Part shown: piece after piece, positions 11,171-26,618 of the stretch
Position numbering within the stretch: position 1 is the first letter of the stretch
Layout of the letters: the number at the start of each line of letters is the position of its first letter
Origin: Bigelowiella natans CCMP2755
Taxonomy: Eukaryota; Protista; Cercozoa
Direction: 5' to 3'
DNA length: 42,971 nt
Assembly (NCBI GenBank): GCA_000320545.1
Contig: ADNK01001142.1
Location: forward strand, 1-42,971
Notes under the pieces: generated by a model
Database searches by the model: none
What the model was told of the DNA's origin: nothing
Seen by the model: the letters and a program-made list of their open reading frames with translations, nothing else
Translations under genes and position numbers: made by a program

Positions 11171-12304
11171 TGTGTGATTGTGTGCGATCGAAGAAGCAGG
11201 AGAGGGAGATTATTGTTGATGTCGCTCTCAACCAACCCCAGGCTTAGAGAATCTATGATCGACTTGCGTTCCAGTCCGAAGCTATATCCAAGCAAGCACC
11301 CAAATCACGAACAACAACAACGACCCAATCAATCAATCAATCAATAACAACCACCACCACTATTTGAGAGATAGGCACGCACATCGCCCGCACCGATAAT
11401 CAGTTTGAGTGCGACAATCCATGGTACAACCATCAAGCAAAGGCGAGCCCTTCAGCAGTGTGTGCCGAATCAACTCAATCGGTTCAGTCGCCAAACAAAT
11501 CGTGTTGCGGTTAGGCAGCACACGTATCATCTCTCAGGAGGACACTACAACGAAGACGGCGCAAACGAGATACCCTGGCGGCTCGAGACAGAAAACAGAC
11601 TCTCTTTTGGCCTGGAAGGCAGCTTCCATTAAATCAAACCTGCAACCGGTCATGTATTACAGCATTTCACTACAACTAAATACATCGCGCGCGCGCGCGC
11701 ACGCCGAAGATATCAGGCTGTAGCAATCACAACACACAGGGCCGATCAACGATCCCGTCGTGAGCGTCTCCTTATGCTTTCAAGTAGTTGTTCTTCTGGT
11801 GTGGATTTTTGCTGTTTTACAAGAGAAACGGATCTCCGCATACATCTACATGCCATACTCACACGCCCCTATCTCGTTTGTATGCAACGCTCACACAAAC
11901 ACACACACACTCTCTCTCTCTCACACACACACACACATGCATGCATGAATGACCCTTTCTCGGAGGTAATTGGGAGGCACTTCGGCGCTCCAAGCTTCTT
12001 ACACTGACTGTGGAGAAACTTTCTGAGCGCGGAAGTGAGAAAGGGGAAAGGGGGGAGGGGGGAGAGAATTAGACTCTCGTACCATTGGATATGGAAGTGA
12101 ATGTAAGTGTGTGTGTATGTGTGTGTGCATAGTATGCTTTTCTGGCACACGAGGAAAGGCAGAGAGTCTTGTGAAGGTGTTGTATGCGTGATATGATGAA
12201 TGTGCGGCGAGGTTGCCTGAGAACGACGGAGTCTTCCATTCCGTTTAGCGACCCGCCAAACGACATTCTATTAAAAGAAATACGCACAATATAATATAAA
12301 TTCA

Positions 12305-12347
<43 letters not shown>

Positions 12348-12484
12348 GTAAGCCTTACAAGTATTTCCTTCGTTCTCCTCGCTCCTTCGTCCAAATCCAT
12401 GGACGATTCTGATCGCCATCAGTGTACATTATGTAAATATCACATCAATATACTTGGGGGAGAGGAATAGAGAGAATAAGAGAG

Positions 12485-12533
<49 letters not shown>

Positions 12534-12908
12534 AAGAGAGAGAAAGTAAAAGATATCGTGAAAGGAGGAAAAATAGATGACTATGAACGTAGGAACCGTA
12601 GTCAGCATCAGCATGCGAAACAACCCACCCACCGCAGTCGAGTTGATGTCCGATGTATCAATAGTCCTCACGGAGCTAATCACCCCGAATTAATCAAACA
12701 ATTCGCATATCATCACCCGACTTAACATTTGTCGCAAAACAAGTTTGAACGACTCAAGGATGCCTGTGTAGGCAAAGAATCGAAGCGTTGGCGACGCAGG
12801 GCTATATCGGTTTGGGTCGAGTCTGTTTTTCTCTTTAAGGCAAACGTTGGCATCAGCGATTACCTTGGAAAAGGAAATGAAACGCACCTGACAGCAAATC
12901 AATAAATC

Positions 12909-12975
<67 letters not shown>

Positions 12976-13012
12976 GGCAGGACATATATAGACGTATGAT
13001 GTGTCTCTATTT

Positions 13013-13048
<36 letters not shown>

Positions 13049-13303
13049 CAAATATTGTATTTTTTGTTTTTTAAAAATATGTGTGTAGTAGATGGCCGAT
13101 GTTTGCCAGCATAGCAGTAAGCAGAGAAAAGCCATAGCCATCGTACTGTTAAGTATATGTGCAGTAGACAAAGAGTCATTCCCTACTGAATATTCCCTAG
13201 AGCACGTCTTTGCCGTTCTTCAGGCGGAAGTCCTGATGATGATACAGCTGACTCTCCGTAATCACCCCCCCCCAGAGGACGCATGTATGGGCCGTAGGAA
13301 AAT

Positions 13304-13350
<47 letters not shown>

Positions 13351-13487
13351 ATACAGAGACTGCAGAAGGAGAGAGGGCATGGGAAGTGTGTGTGTGCGTG
13401 TGTGCGTGTCTTTGTGGGGATACCATCGTATAGGAATGAAGACTTGTGAACAGTATTCGACGTCCAAAGAAACTATTATTACATATA

Positions 13488-13530
<43 letters not shown>

Positions 13531-13775
13531 TTAACAGATTGATATAAGCAACATGCCTCCAGCACAAATACCAACATCTTGATGAAGGATAGATCAACCT
13601 TTAGAAGGGGGCGGGTATTCCTCCTTGCAGCTATTTCTAATAGGAAGCTTCCATTTCTCCTGCGACTGTGCTGCATTAAAAAGCTTTCCCCGCACAGTTA
13701 AGCATGGAACACAAACAACATATCAGGAGATATAGAGACTAGCTACTCATACCCTTTCTCTCTATCTCTCTCTAG

Positions 13776-13822
<47 letters not shown>

Positions 13823-14291
13823 GTGTGTCTGTGTGTGTACATTCCTTACTCCACAACATTCAAAACACACGCCCCTCATGCTCACTGCTACTGTCAAGTA
13901 CAACCCGAGCAGCGAGAAGAACCTACACAAATAGCCAAAGCAAGCCAGCCAACTCTCTCACACACAAGCTGCTGCTGCTGCTGCTTATGGACAACGACGA
14001 GGATGAATGCTCGTCGCCATTGCAGAAATGCATTCATTCAAAGCTTTGACCCCAGGTTGGAACGTGTCAAACAAGGACAACAACGCGGTCGTCTTGTCGC
14101 TGTGATGCAGCTGCGGCGCCTTCACGGCGTTTTCGGCCATCTTTGTTACCAAAATCGCCCAAGAGAGCTACTTATACTACTACTACAACTACCATTACTA
14201 CTAAAGCTACTACAGATGCAGAGTGAAGAACATTGAAATTCTATGGATTGCTGAGGTAACACTGCGCAGCTATTTGTCTCTCTCTCTTCTC

Positions 14292-14338
<47 letters not shown>

Positions 14339-14499
14339 AACTACTACTAGTTGTCGTAGTACTAGCACTACTATCGCTACCTCGGAGCGACTAGCAAGTG
14401 TTTGGACGCCGTTTCGGGCGTGAGAAACTCCAGCTCCTCGGCTAGTTGTGCGATGTTGCACATGCAAACACACACACACACACACACATGCACACACAT

Positions 14500-14534
<35 letters not shown>

Positions 14535-15117
14535 CACACGCACACACAAACATGAGTCAAATTCCCGTGTATGTGCAAAATGTGCTACCCACCCCAGTGA
14601 ACACTCATGATTCGATCCATTAAGTCTTGGACCTGCCAGGCAATACACAGCGGAAAAGCATTATTTGCAAGATGCGCCAACACACGCTATATCTGCGCAC
14701 ATAGCGCGTCTGAAAGAGCAGTTGCATTTGCGAGTGCCTCGTTTCGAATGGTAGTAGGCGTGTTGGATTGGCTCTCGTCGTTTGACCATGAGTTCTCCTG
14801 CGTCTGGTATGAATTCAAAGACATGGTCTTCCTCCCTTTCCTGAAACGTGGTGGCAAATGCGCGCGTCGACTCGTGAACAACAACAACAACAATGACAAC
14901 GACGCCAGCAACGATCTACAAAGAATTTCTTGAGTCAAACTGCACGCTCTGGCCTGCATGGGCACTAATGCAGATTGTTCGTTTTGTGATGTTATCATAT
15001 GATGTATCTGTTGAAAGAGTCTTCTCCCCACCGGAAGATCCTGATCGGAGACGTCTTTCGAGTATATTGGAACGATAAACAAATCGGCCTCTTTCGCATC
15101 TGGTTTGATGGGATGTA

Positions 15118-15204
<87 letters not shown>

Positions 15205-15445
15205 TAGAATTACACTCTGAGACTTCTCGATTGTAGGTGTGCGGGATGAGGGGTAAGGGAGGGGGGGGGGGGATGCAACCGTAGTTGCGCGAAAATACCC
15301 CTTGTGCGGCATCGACTTGAGTCAGAAATTCGCTCGAGCATCAAGGATCCCAAGCTATGCTGTATCCATGCACACAAGTACATCCGCAACATGATAGAGT
15401 GCGCACGCCACATGCACACATATCTGCTGCGACGAGGGAAAGTAC

Positions 15446-15488
<43 letters not shown>

Positions 15489-15856
15489 GGGGAAGGGTGG
15501 AGGGAGGAGAGGAATCGGGTAGAGCAATATGTGTGCAGCATGGAAAGATAACAAGTGCCTCGCTGTCATTCCTACTTGCTCATAATGCCTCAGCCTCTCA
15601 TCCTTGGATCCTGCAGAATACATGTAAGTGTATTATTGCTGTGCTCTTACTCTATAGAACCACTATGTTCATGTGATAATCGTCATAATGACTGGTGTTT
15701 GACCAGATTCGATGTCTTCCGTCGGTACCTGCTCATTGGCATATAGGAAGGGTTTAAGAGTTATATCTGACGTCGCGACACCGAATGCGTACGTCTACAT
15801 GCAGGCGTTTATTTTGGTAATATAGGTGTATTTGTGTGTGAGAGCACGTGTATATA

Positions 15857-15896
<40 letters not shown>

Positions 15897-16178
15897 ACAC
15901 GTACCGAATCTGAAGCCATGTCCCTGAAAACACAGCAGCAGCAGTAAGCAGCAAGCAGCGATATCAAGACGACGAAACCTCTCGCCCACCACCCAAGTTG
16001 GTTCAACACGCAAAAACATACACAACGCACAAACCCAGATACGCGTACGAGTACACGCGCGACACATACCCACACAACCATACACCAACGCTTCGAGAGG
16101 TATACAGGTCAAATATGGGGGCAATTTGTATGGGGAAAATACGGAAATTCTCATTCACACGAAGTATCAGAAAGTCCT

Positions 16179-16231
<53 letters not shown>

Positions 16232-16376
16232 GTGTGTGTGTGTGTGTATTTATATCACGGTATATTCCTAAATAACGATAAAATGTTCGATACCACGTAA
16301 AATGTTACCTCCGAATGCCCGAAACGTTTGGTATGTTTTCATAAATATACACCTAATGTTTCCAGCCATTCAACTG

Positions 16377-16424
<48 letters not shown>

Positions 16425-16590
16425 TGTGTGGGGTGGGAAGGGGGGGGAGAGGGGAGGGTATTTTAACCACGTGTTTGTAAGTAATACGTCTTATACCTTT
16501 GGACAGTATTTAAGTGATATTGTCTTCTTCATGGACGGCAATGTGTGCTTTGACGGTGTTCTGAAGCCTTTATCGGTGCCGTTTGTACTC

Positions 16591-16634
<44 letters not shown>

Positions 16635-17244
16635 TTATTTATTTATTTATATATTTGTTTTGTGCATGTGTGTATGTGTGTTATGGCTATTTACGCGGAT
16701 GCTGCGACGTTCACAGTTATCGAAGCATTGCTGGAATGCAGTGTCTCGGCACCATTGTCTTTATTCTTCCGCAATCCAGTTCTCTGGTGAACCTAGAAAA
16801 AGTGCTGTTTGTCGAATCTTGCATGGCTGCAGCAGATTGGCTATGTTTTTGCTCGCTAGTTGTGAACGCCATGGATGTGGAGAGAGTGGGGGGGGGAGGG
16901 GAGGGTTCATATTCGATTTAGTTTTGCCTTTTTGCTAAGTGACATTGGAAGTGTGCATTAATATTGTGGCACCTCAACGGGCGCAGACGTTGCGCTTCTG
17001 AAGAAAGGCTGGGTAGCCTCGTATAAGGAGAGGACAACTCCGGCGACGAGAAGAATGGCGCATAAGTCTGCTATGGATCGGATAACGTGTGCCTTCGAAC
17101 GATTCCAAGAGGAACAATTCTGGAAATGGATGGGTTTAGACAGGACAAAAACACCTGCCCCAATTCTCCCCCTCGCCTCTCCCCTTTCGCTCCCTGTTCT
17201 GATGAGAGTGTATCAAGAACCTCGGGCCCATTATCCGAACCCAT
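9979..17244 (-). CDS. Exostosin-family (GT47) glycosyltransferase, type II membrane protein (>20 exons; start tentative)
   Basis: N-terminal anchor LCAILLVAGVVLSLY; CPK|VYIYE; SRCRTR|DAKEADLFIVPIY; RKYL|MSFGGSLNG...VLR|KFLHSQC; AKRESVFCLEPPG|FGLERKSIIDSLSLG|CIPVIF; AISPERIRRMQEAI...LHYS; TAA at 9979-9981. Some middle exons (13.1-14.3 kb) were not resolved exactly. Confidence 0.88.
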
Positions 17245-17619
17245 GGACAGGAGGCTGAAGATTCAGACCTAAAATAGCGCGGGAACGGTGGAGGAGCTCC
17301 GACTCTCTGATATTTGGGTAATATTTCTTTGTCGCAGGACCACGAATCGCACTGTACTTCTATTCTGAATCCCCCCACAACCAAAGAAATGATCTAATGA
17401 TCAATCTGAAACTGATGCTCCTGGAATAAAATAGATTGGGGTTGTGGGTAACGGGAAGAAACAAGGGGTAAAACCATGTGATTTACCACGGACGACAACG
17501 ATAAAATCGTTGTCGCAATTATTAACAACAAGCGGTTTTTGGTCTATCCGCCTCCACCTCAAAGCTCTTCCATTACACAACCGTCTCGACGCCTTCTTTA
17601 ACTACAGGGAGGAGGAGAC

Positions 17620-18790
17620 ATGTCTGGAGCATCTCGAGGCGCTAAGTCTACCGCAGGCACTCTCAGAAGGCCTATTACCTCGGAAAGGAAGCTCAATAAA
17701 TTGATCCCGAAGAATCCTAAATACAAGAAGGTGGGCTGATGGAGGAGTTCAATGCTATGAAGGAAAGTTTTGGTGAGAGTTAACCCCCTATTTATGCGCA
17801 GGTTAAAGCGGTAACGAGGACAGGCACACATGCGGGAAATGTGAAAAAGAAGCTCAACACCAAGGTCAAGCCCAAAAGAGCGTCATGGCCAGACGCTCAC
17901 CTCACAATCCTATTATTCCGATGTTCATGCTAACTGGTAGGGGGAGATTTTCAAGAGGATGGGACGAGACACACTGAGGAAGCACATAGAGGAATATGAA
18001 TGCAAGGAAGAAAATGTTGCTGATTTAACAGGTCTAGTCTAATCGACATTAACGTGCCGTGGGTGATGGTACACATTGCAGCAAGTGACGTGTTCTCTAG
18101 TGGTATGATTGGGCATTACTTCTGCAGATTCCTTTTCTAAAATGGCGACGGTTGTAACAGTGGGAGAAGATGCACAAACCAACTTGACACAAATGGTAGA
18201 ATTGCTCGCGAAGTCCAACCATCGTGTCCGAGGGCAGCTTCATTAACCAAAGACGTCGTTTTTCAGAACTACCTTCTCCTGGATCTGCGGGAAGAAGAGG
18301 CGTTTGAAAGCTGTCGAATAATAGGGGGTACAGCAGCTAACTAGCCATTCCTTGCGTGCTACTGGCACATTCTGCATGCGCGGCCTGATTTGTTCCTCCT
18401 GGTGTTGCCAGCTGTTCATTTCCCCGTTGTCAAGATCCGAAGAGATCAATGGGGATCCAAGCTATACGCATATGTAGTAAGAACTGCACGTGATCGTGCA
18501 CAGAGCAGAAGATGCAAATCAGAGCGAGATGGTTGCCTGCCTACCAGCGATTGTGTATTATAGAACGTGTTGTGACTTTGTTGCCTTTCGTAATATCGTG
18601 CCTCCTTTCCCCACGAATTGCAGAAAAACAAGGAGGGGAAAAGCATCATTATTTACGATGAAACGGAGTCAAAAACGGTCGTTATTGTAATTTTTATGAT
18701 TCGATCATCGTCTACTTTGTTTGCTTCATCCATATATGATTCGTTCTCTCTTTCTTCTTCCTCTTTCTTCTCTCTCTCTCTGAGTGTGTA

Positions 18791-18823
<33 letters not shown>

Positions 18824-19395
18824 GTGGCGGGTATGATCCCCCCTCCCCCCCATATTTCTTGTGAAGAAATTTCATAATTCCTGATTTCTTGGAGAGAGTG
18901 TTCTCCTTCTCTTGCACTTCGTGTACTCTTTCGCTCAATCTTCTCCCCCCTCTGGCCTGTTGGTGGTGGGGAAACTCACAATTGGTCTCAGGGCTCCGAG
19001 GCGGCGACTACGATGACTCAAAAAGGCTTTGATAACGTGTTCTTACTCACAGGAGGTACGGGATGCTGTGATTCTCAACATGCTCGCATTATCCCCATCA
19101 CCATGTTTCTAACAATATCATGCTGGAATGGCGCGTGTTCGTCGTTGAGCCGACGCCGCTCTCAAAGTTTTTTTTAGCTGCATTTACTTTCCGATTGCAA
19201 GGCATAACGTTGTCTTGGTATGCTCTTATACGTGACTAATCTATGCGGTAACGGTTGGCAGGACTGAAGCGGTTTGCAAAAAGGCATTCGGATCTGGTAT
19301 TTATTTTACGTATGTTTCGTAGCGCCAACAACATCAGAAAGATTAGGATTAAAGCCACACAAAAGACAACAGCTGAACAAATATGGAGAGATCAA

Positions 19396-19449
<54 letters not shown>

Positions 19450-19709
19450 AGATTTTACGTGCGATGAGTCAGCATGAAACTTGACTTTCGATGCGAAATG
19501 AGTGGTTTTATGAATTCCTATGGCGGATCACACAGGTGGTGGGAGACAACCAATATGAAGGCATGGCAGATTCTGTGCTTCCGTCGCGCATAGCTTCTAC
19601 TTTCGTGTCGCGACAAGTCTCCCGTGCGGGATCTATAGCTCCTTCCCGAACGACCTCTAAAGTACCATCGCCCAAGAATTCTTCGCGCAAAATGAAGAAA
19701 CGATTCTGA
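17620..19709 (+). CDS. CEP41: Centrosomal/ciliary protein CEP41 (rhodanese-like domain; spliced)
   Basis: LNKLIPKNPKYKK|VKAVTRTG...GEIFKRM...NYLLLDLREEEAFESCRIIG|AVHFP...LYAY|KNKEGKSIIIYDE...|GSEAATTMTQKGFDNVFLLTGG|LKRFAKRHSDL|VVG...; TGA 19707-19709. The N-terminal IPxNPKY motif plus this rhodanese variant are typical of CEP41. Confidence 0.85.
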
Positions 19710-19719
19710 GCTGCCTGCT

Positions 19720-20420
19720 ACACATAGCTAGATAGTCTACCATTCATTGCATCACGGTGATGTATCATTAGCCAGCATTGTGCATGTTTGTGCATTCTCT
19801 CGATTGCATTGTACCAAACCCGCGTAATTCGTGATCGATGTTGACATCTTTAGACCTATGCTACATGCACACGCATACGTACGTGCACTCGCTCGCGATC
19901 ATGCATGTGTCAGTTGGGCTGGCTATAGCTAGCTAGCTATAGCTGCTAGTTTTCTTCGCGCTCGATGCCGCAAAAAGACCCCGCCATGTAGAGCTGCGTT
20001 CATCATGATTTATCTCGCTAGCGTAGCTAGCAGTATCTGTGCATGCTGGATGTGACGTGCATGGACCTCATCACGCAACATTGCAACTGTGAGAGAGCGA
20101 GCACGTAGGCGCCTGCGCATCTATAGATATGCACTGTCTAGCATAATAGACACAGCAATACACTATATATATTATATATATTTTGTATTGCATGTCTATC
20201 ATAAGTTAGCTGTGCATTGCAACATGATGAACGAATGTGATTGTGTAGCTAGCAGTACGTCTGCTAGGCACTACCATCATGTTCATGCTCTAGATACTCG
20301 GGTGACTACGAACTAAAACTACGCAATGGCCGTACCGACTGTCCAGCTGTGCTATATATATGCATGTTATAATCGTACGATATAAGTAAGACGCCGGCGC
20401 AGATGCGCGTTAATTCTACG
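19720..20420. other. Intergenic tract rich in CA/TG and short palindromes (between CEP41 and fusion A 3' ends)
   Basis: e.g. ggctatagctagctagctatagctgctag at ~19921-19949 and gcatacgtacgtgcactcgctcgcgatcatgcatg at ~19873-19907. Confidence 0.65.
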
Positions 20421-20777
20421 CTGCCGCTAAATAACGAACCATGTCGATATGTATTGTTTCATGTGAGTCTGTGGATAATAAGTGAGCTGTTTTAATTACA
20501 ACTTGATTCAATCGTTTTTGATAATAAAGTAAAACGATAAGGAAGACATAATCATAATTTATCTCTGTGTTACATCCCGCCGTCGCCTCATTGTCTCTGA
20601 ACAACTTGTGGCTTCATGTCGCCGCCAACTAATAAAACGGCTCCACTGCGGGGGGGTGGGGGGACGAGTAAAAAAATTCTACAAGTAAACTAATCTAAAG
20701 TTTGGACATCAATAGGGGGAGCACACGTTAAGTTCCGCCACGGATAGTGCCCAGGTAGGTATCATTATTCTATTATT

Positions 20778-23142
<2,365 letters not shown>

Positions 23143-23193
23143 TCTGTGTAGGGATTTGGGATGTGGGAAAGTATAAGTGATCAGGACATGTAT

Positions 23194-23212
23194 TCCCCGT
23201 CATTGACGGGGA
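23194..23212. promoter_or_regulatory. Perfect 9+1+9 inverted repeat TCCCCGTCA-T-TGACGGGGA, about 50 nt upstream of the fusion A start codon; candidate dyad binding site
   Basis: The palindrome is seen directly; a regulatory role is inferred only from its position. Confidence 0.35.
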
Positions 23213-23759
23213 TTCGGGTGAATAAAGCTCTAGATCTGATTTTACCGTCAAAGTTCAATTATTTTCTTGTCGCATTTATGTTAACCTCATGTAATTTTTT
23301 GATTTTAAAATTACTGCCGATAAATTATTTTTGTTGAGTCTACCTTGGTAGCAAAACTGAAAATAAGTTTGCGTATCTTTTAGGGCTCCAAAATATGTAA
23401 TTTTGTACTGTAATCGTAAATATTATCTCTCTTGTTGTTTACTTATCCTGTCCTGCACTAAATATTACTGCAGTGAAATACTGCACATAATACGAGTACG
23501 TCGTTTCTAAACAAAATCTTGTCGCATCGGAAAATCCCTCGTTCTGGGAACCCAAATAGGAGATTGCGACATGAATATTGTTATGAAAACGATGGCCGTT
23601 TTTCCATTTTCCCATCCAAAGGATACGTCGCACGTCAAAATCTAGATCTACGAGCCACCGAAAACTGATGTGTCTCGAAGTGCGAAGAGCATGGGAGAAG
23701 GACTGGGTTCGCAATTTCTCTTCATCTGAAAACGTCGTGATCAGAATGCGCAATCACAG

Positions 23760-24480
23760 AACACAGGACACATGGCCTACGAGAGGAGTCATGTTTCAAA
23801 ACATGTTCGGTCGCTAATGCTGCCCTTCCATCCGTGCTCGTGAAGTTGACGGCCTGAGAAGAAATCCATGTGCTGCAATGAGTTGCTTTTGGTTGGATCT
23901 TGATGGCAGTTGTGGCAAATGACAGTTGTGGAGTTGTGGAGATGACACTTGTGGAAAAAGTGAACAAAAATTGACAAAAGCGCTGGAGCGGTGAATCGGA
24001 TCAAACTGCTCTAGTGGTAGCAACGTGCAGCATGAGCGTCGAGTTTTGTCTGTCATGGAGGTGCATGATGTGTCATGTGTTGGCAAAACTCTGCATTGCT
24101 GATGTGACATTGAAAGTTGCATGATGAATCACGCATGGGGTGCCATGCATGTGCGTAGATTTTTGGTAGTGTCCGCTATGGATCGCAGCTTGCAACTGCC
24201 CCGCCGCGCCAAGAGCACTAGAGCATGTTCCTTCGAACGTGAGAGCGATGCGCCAACGATTCACACTTTGCAATTCACTGCACATGCTAGCATGCTGACA
24301 TGGCACATTAGTTTTTCGATCGTGCAAGTCAAGATGCACACACATCCAAACATCTTATGCATGGCTGCATTGTAGACACTGATGGACACGCAACATCATA
24401 CAAGATTTTTCATGGAAAGCAAACATGCGCAGCGCACAATCGAGCGCTTATTTTGAATTACAATGTGTTGCATTAGGCAT
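23760..24480. other. Intergenic tract rich in CA/TG and short palindromes (downstream of TMEM256)
   Basis: Dense CATG/TGCA/GCTAGC (e.g. tgcacatgctagcatgctgacatggcac at ~24279-24306); no long microsatellites. Confidence 0.65.
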
Positions 24481-24564
24481 TGTTCAAAAACTTAAATCGT
24501 GTATAATGTCGCTAAAATAATGATATCGTATGGTACGTTTTCACTAAACCAAACATACAATTCG

Positions 24565-25956
24565 CTACCAACCAAAACCGAGAGCAAGCCACCCACCAAT
24601 CAAAAATAAACCTGGTATGTATGTTTAACGAACAGTGATGTCGTGTAGTTTATGATTGATGTCTATTTCATTTTGAAAAGATACTATTTGTTCGAGTTCT
24701 TTCTGCTAGAATCGATCGATTTAGAGTGAAAACACTTCTTAATTCGATACAGTCACGTCAGTAAATATCCACTAAAATAACTTTTGGTACTTATCGACCT
24801 CCGATTGGTGTAATGGCACCTAGCTTACGATTTCCACTCAATACCATAGCGTACAATGACCCACTGCATAATAATAAATTGAATTAGCCCCATTCTCTTT
24901 TCAAAAATTTATCCGTTTTCCATCACTTACGGACATGTATGTGAAAAACGTGCACATCACCTGAAGATAAGAATTCCAGCTGAAAAAAATTGGCCAGCCT
25001 GCAATAGTGAATGTCGAATAAAATTTATTTTGAATCGAGAGACAAGGTACGATCGTACCATAAATCATATGCAAAATACTTAATTCTGTCATTATATCTT
25101 TAACCGGGTGATGAGCGACAAGAGATCATGGGTAATTTAAGTAATAAATGGATCGCGTGTTAAAAATCTATCTTTCTCACGTAAGATGATTTCGTCGATT
25201 TTCCGACAAGCGTTTGCGGTACAAACAGTAGCGCAAGGGAGTGGAATATATGGTAACGATTGCTTGTATCCCACACCTATTGTATCCACAAAAAACCATG
25301 CATATGTGAGCTCCCGATTCACTGACAACAACAGAGACGAATTCTACAACCACTATTACTACTATAATCACTACCTCGATCACCATAACCACTGGAATTA
25401 CAGCTACTACTCATATTATTGCTGCAGCGATCCCTGGAACTACCTCAAGCATGTAAGGATCGACTTTGGCTTTCAGAGCGTGCGCCCCGAAAGCTCCCAA
25501 GACCACGCCCAGCGCTACATTCCAGAAAATCAGCCCGTCACATTTTAATCACGAACCAAACGGACAATAATTGACAAATACAGTTTAAACAAACGGAATC
25601 CAAGGTGATTGATGGATTCGCAACTCTATTCGTAGAGCACCGACCCCCGGAGAATGCCCCAGCTTTCCACCTTATGTTATGTACAAGAGCTCTTACATTC
25701 AACACAGATTATCTAATGTTGAATCTAAGAGTAAATTACGAAAATATTGGTTTTTTCATATGGCAATGTATGCGTCATTGTCTCACCAGATTGAGGAGGT
25801 TTGGAAGTTAGCAGCCATTGCTCGTACAGATAGAGCACCGCTCGTTTGTTGCGTCCAAAACCATAGCCTTTACATCCTGCGACAACACTATCACTTGAAT
25901 TAATTTTTCGCACGTATTTCCCTTCCATTGGATAGGATTTTAGAGGAAAGGCTCAT
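24565..25956 (-). CDS. TMEM256: TMEM256 / DUF423 (YgdD-like) small membrane protein (spliced; alternative start ATG at 25818)
   Basis: Absent from the ORF track because its exons are short. Joins give WKAGAFSG|ALGVVLGAFGAHALKAKVDPYMLE|VWDTSNRYHIFHSLALL...|AGQFFSAGILIFS|GSLYAMVLSGNRKLGAITPIGG|LFLIGGWLALGFGW*. GAFGAH, FSGSLY and TPxGG are family signatures. Confidence 0.92.
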
Positions 25957-26380
25957 AAATCGCCTCAACTATACAAAAGAGTGTATACATGTTTTCTCCA
26001 GTGTTATCTTTTGTCGAAGGCCTTTAATCGCCTATAATCTATTTGCGACTTCGCAGATTTATTATTCTAGCACACGACGATTGAAATACCAACGAATCAA
26101 CCGATCAGTTCACTCAAGAGAGTTTACTCACTCATTGGATGTTACGACACCAGAATTAACAGTCCTCACAAAAAATAATCTGAATAAATTGCATTACGAC
26201 ATACTGAGCTATATGTCGCAGAACTAAAATCCTGTCCTTCTGAGGACCTAGGAAAAAGTCAGATCGATAATATATGTTCTGACAACATCTGTTGAAGTGA
26301 AGTGTTGTGCATTCTAGAGCATTCCCCCCCGTGATATAGTGCACAGCCACCCAACGCTGTAGCTCTACATCCAAAAACCG

Positions 26381-26544
26381 ATGGTACAATGTTACCACAG
26401 TTTGAAGATCTCTTTCGTCATTTCAATTTTTACCCTGGGATTGGCTCTTCAAGACGAACCTGACATACAGGTACAGCTGGGGGGCAGTCATGCACACATT
26501 TAATAATTTATGACTCTCTCTCCCCCCCCCCTTCCCCCCCCCCC

Positions 26545-26618
<74 letters not shown>

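Noticed and set aside
23709-23736. About 21/26-nt match to ~31637-31662 (both translate as RxFSSSENV)
   Set aside because: Does not extend on either side; a match of this size can arise by chance in a 43-kb self-comparison.
25186-25548. Plus-strand ORF with Tyr/His/Asn-rich (or, if spliced, Thr-rich mucin-like) sequence
   Set aside because: It is antisense to TMEM256 exons and to an intron with degenerate (ACT)n repeats; the minus-strand gene has clear family motifs.
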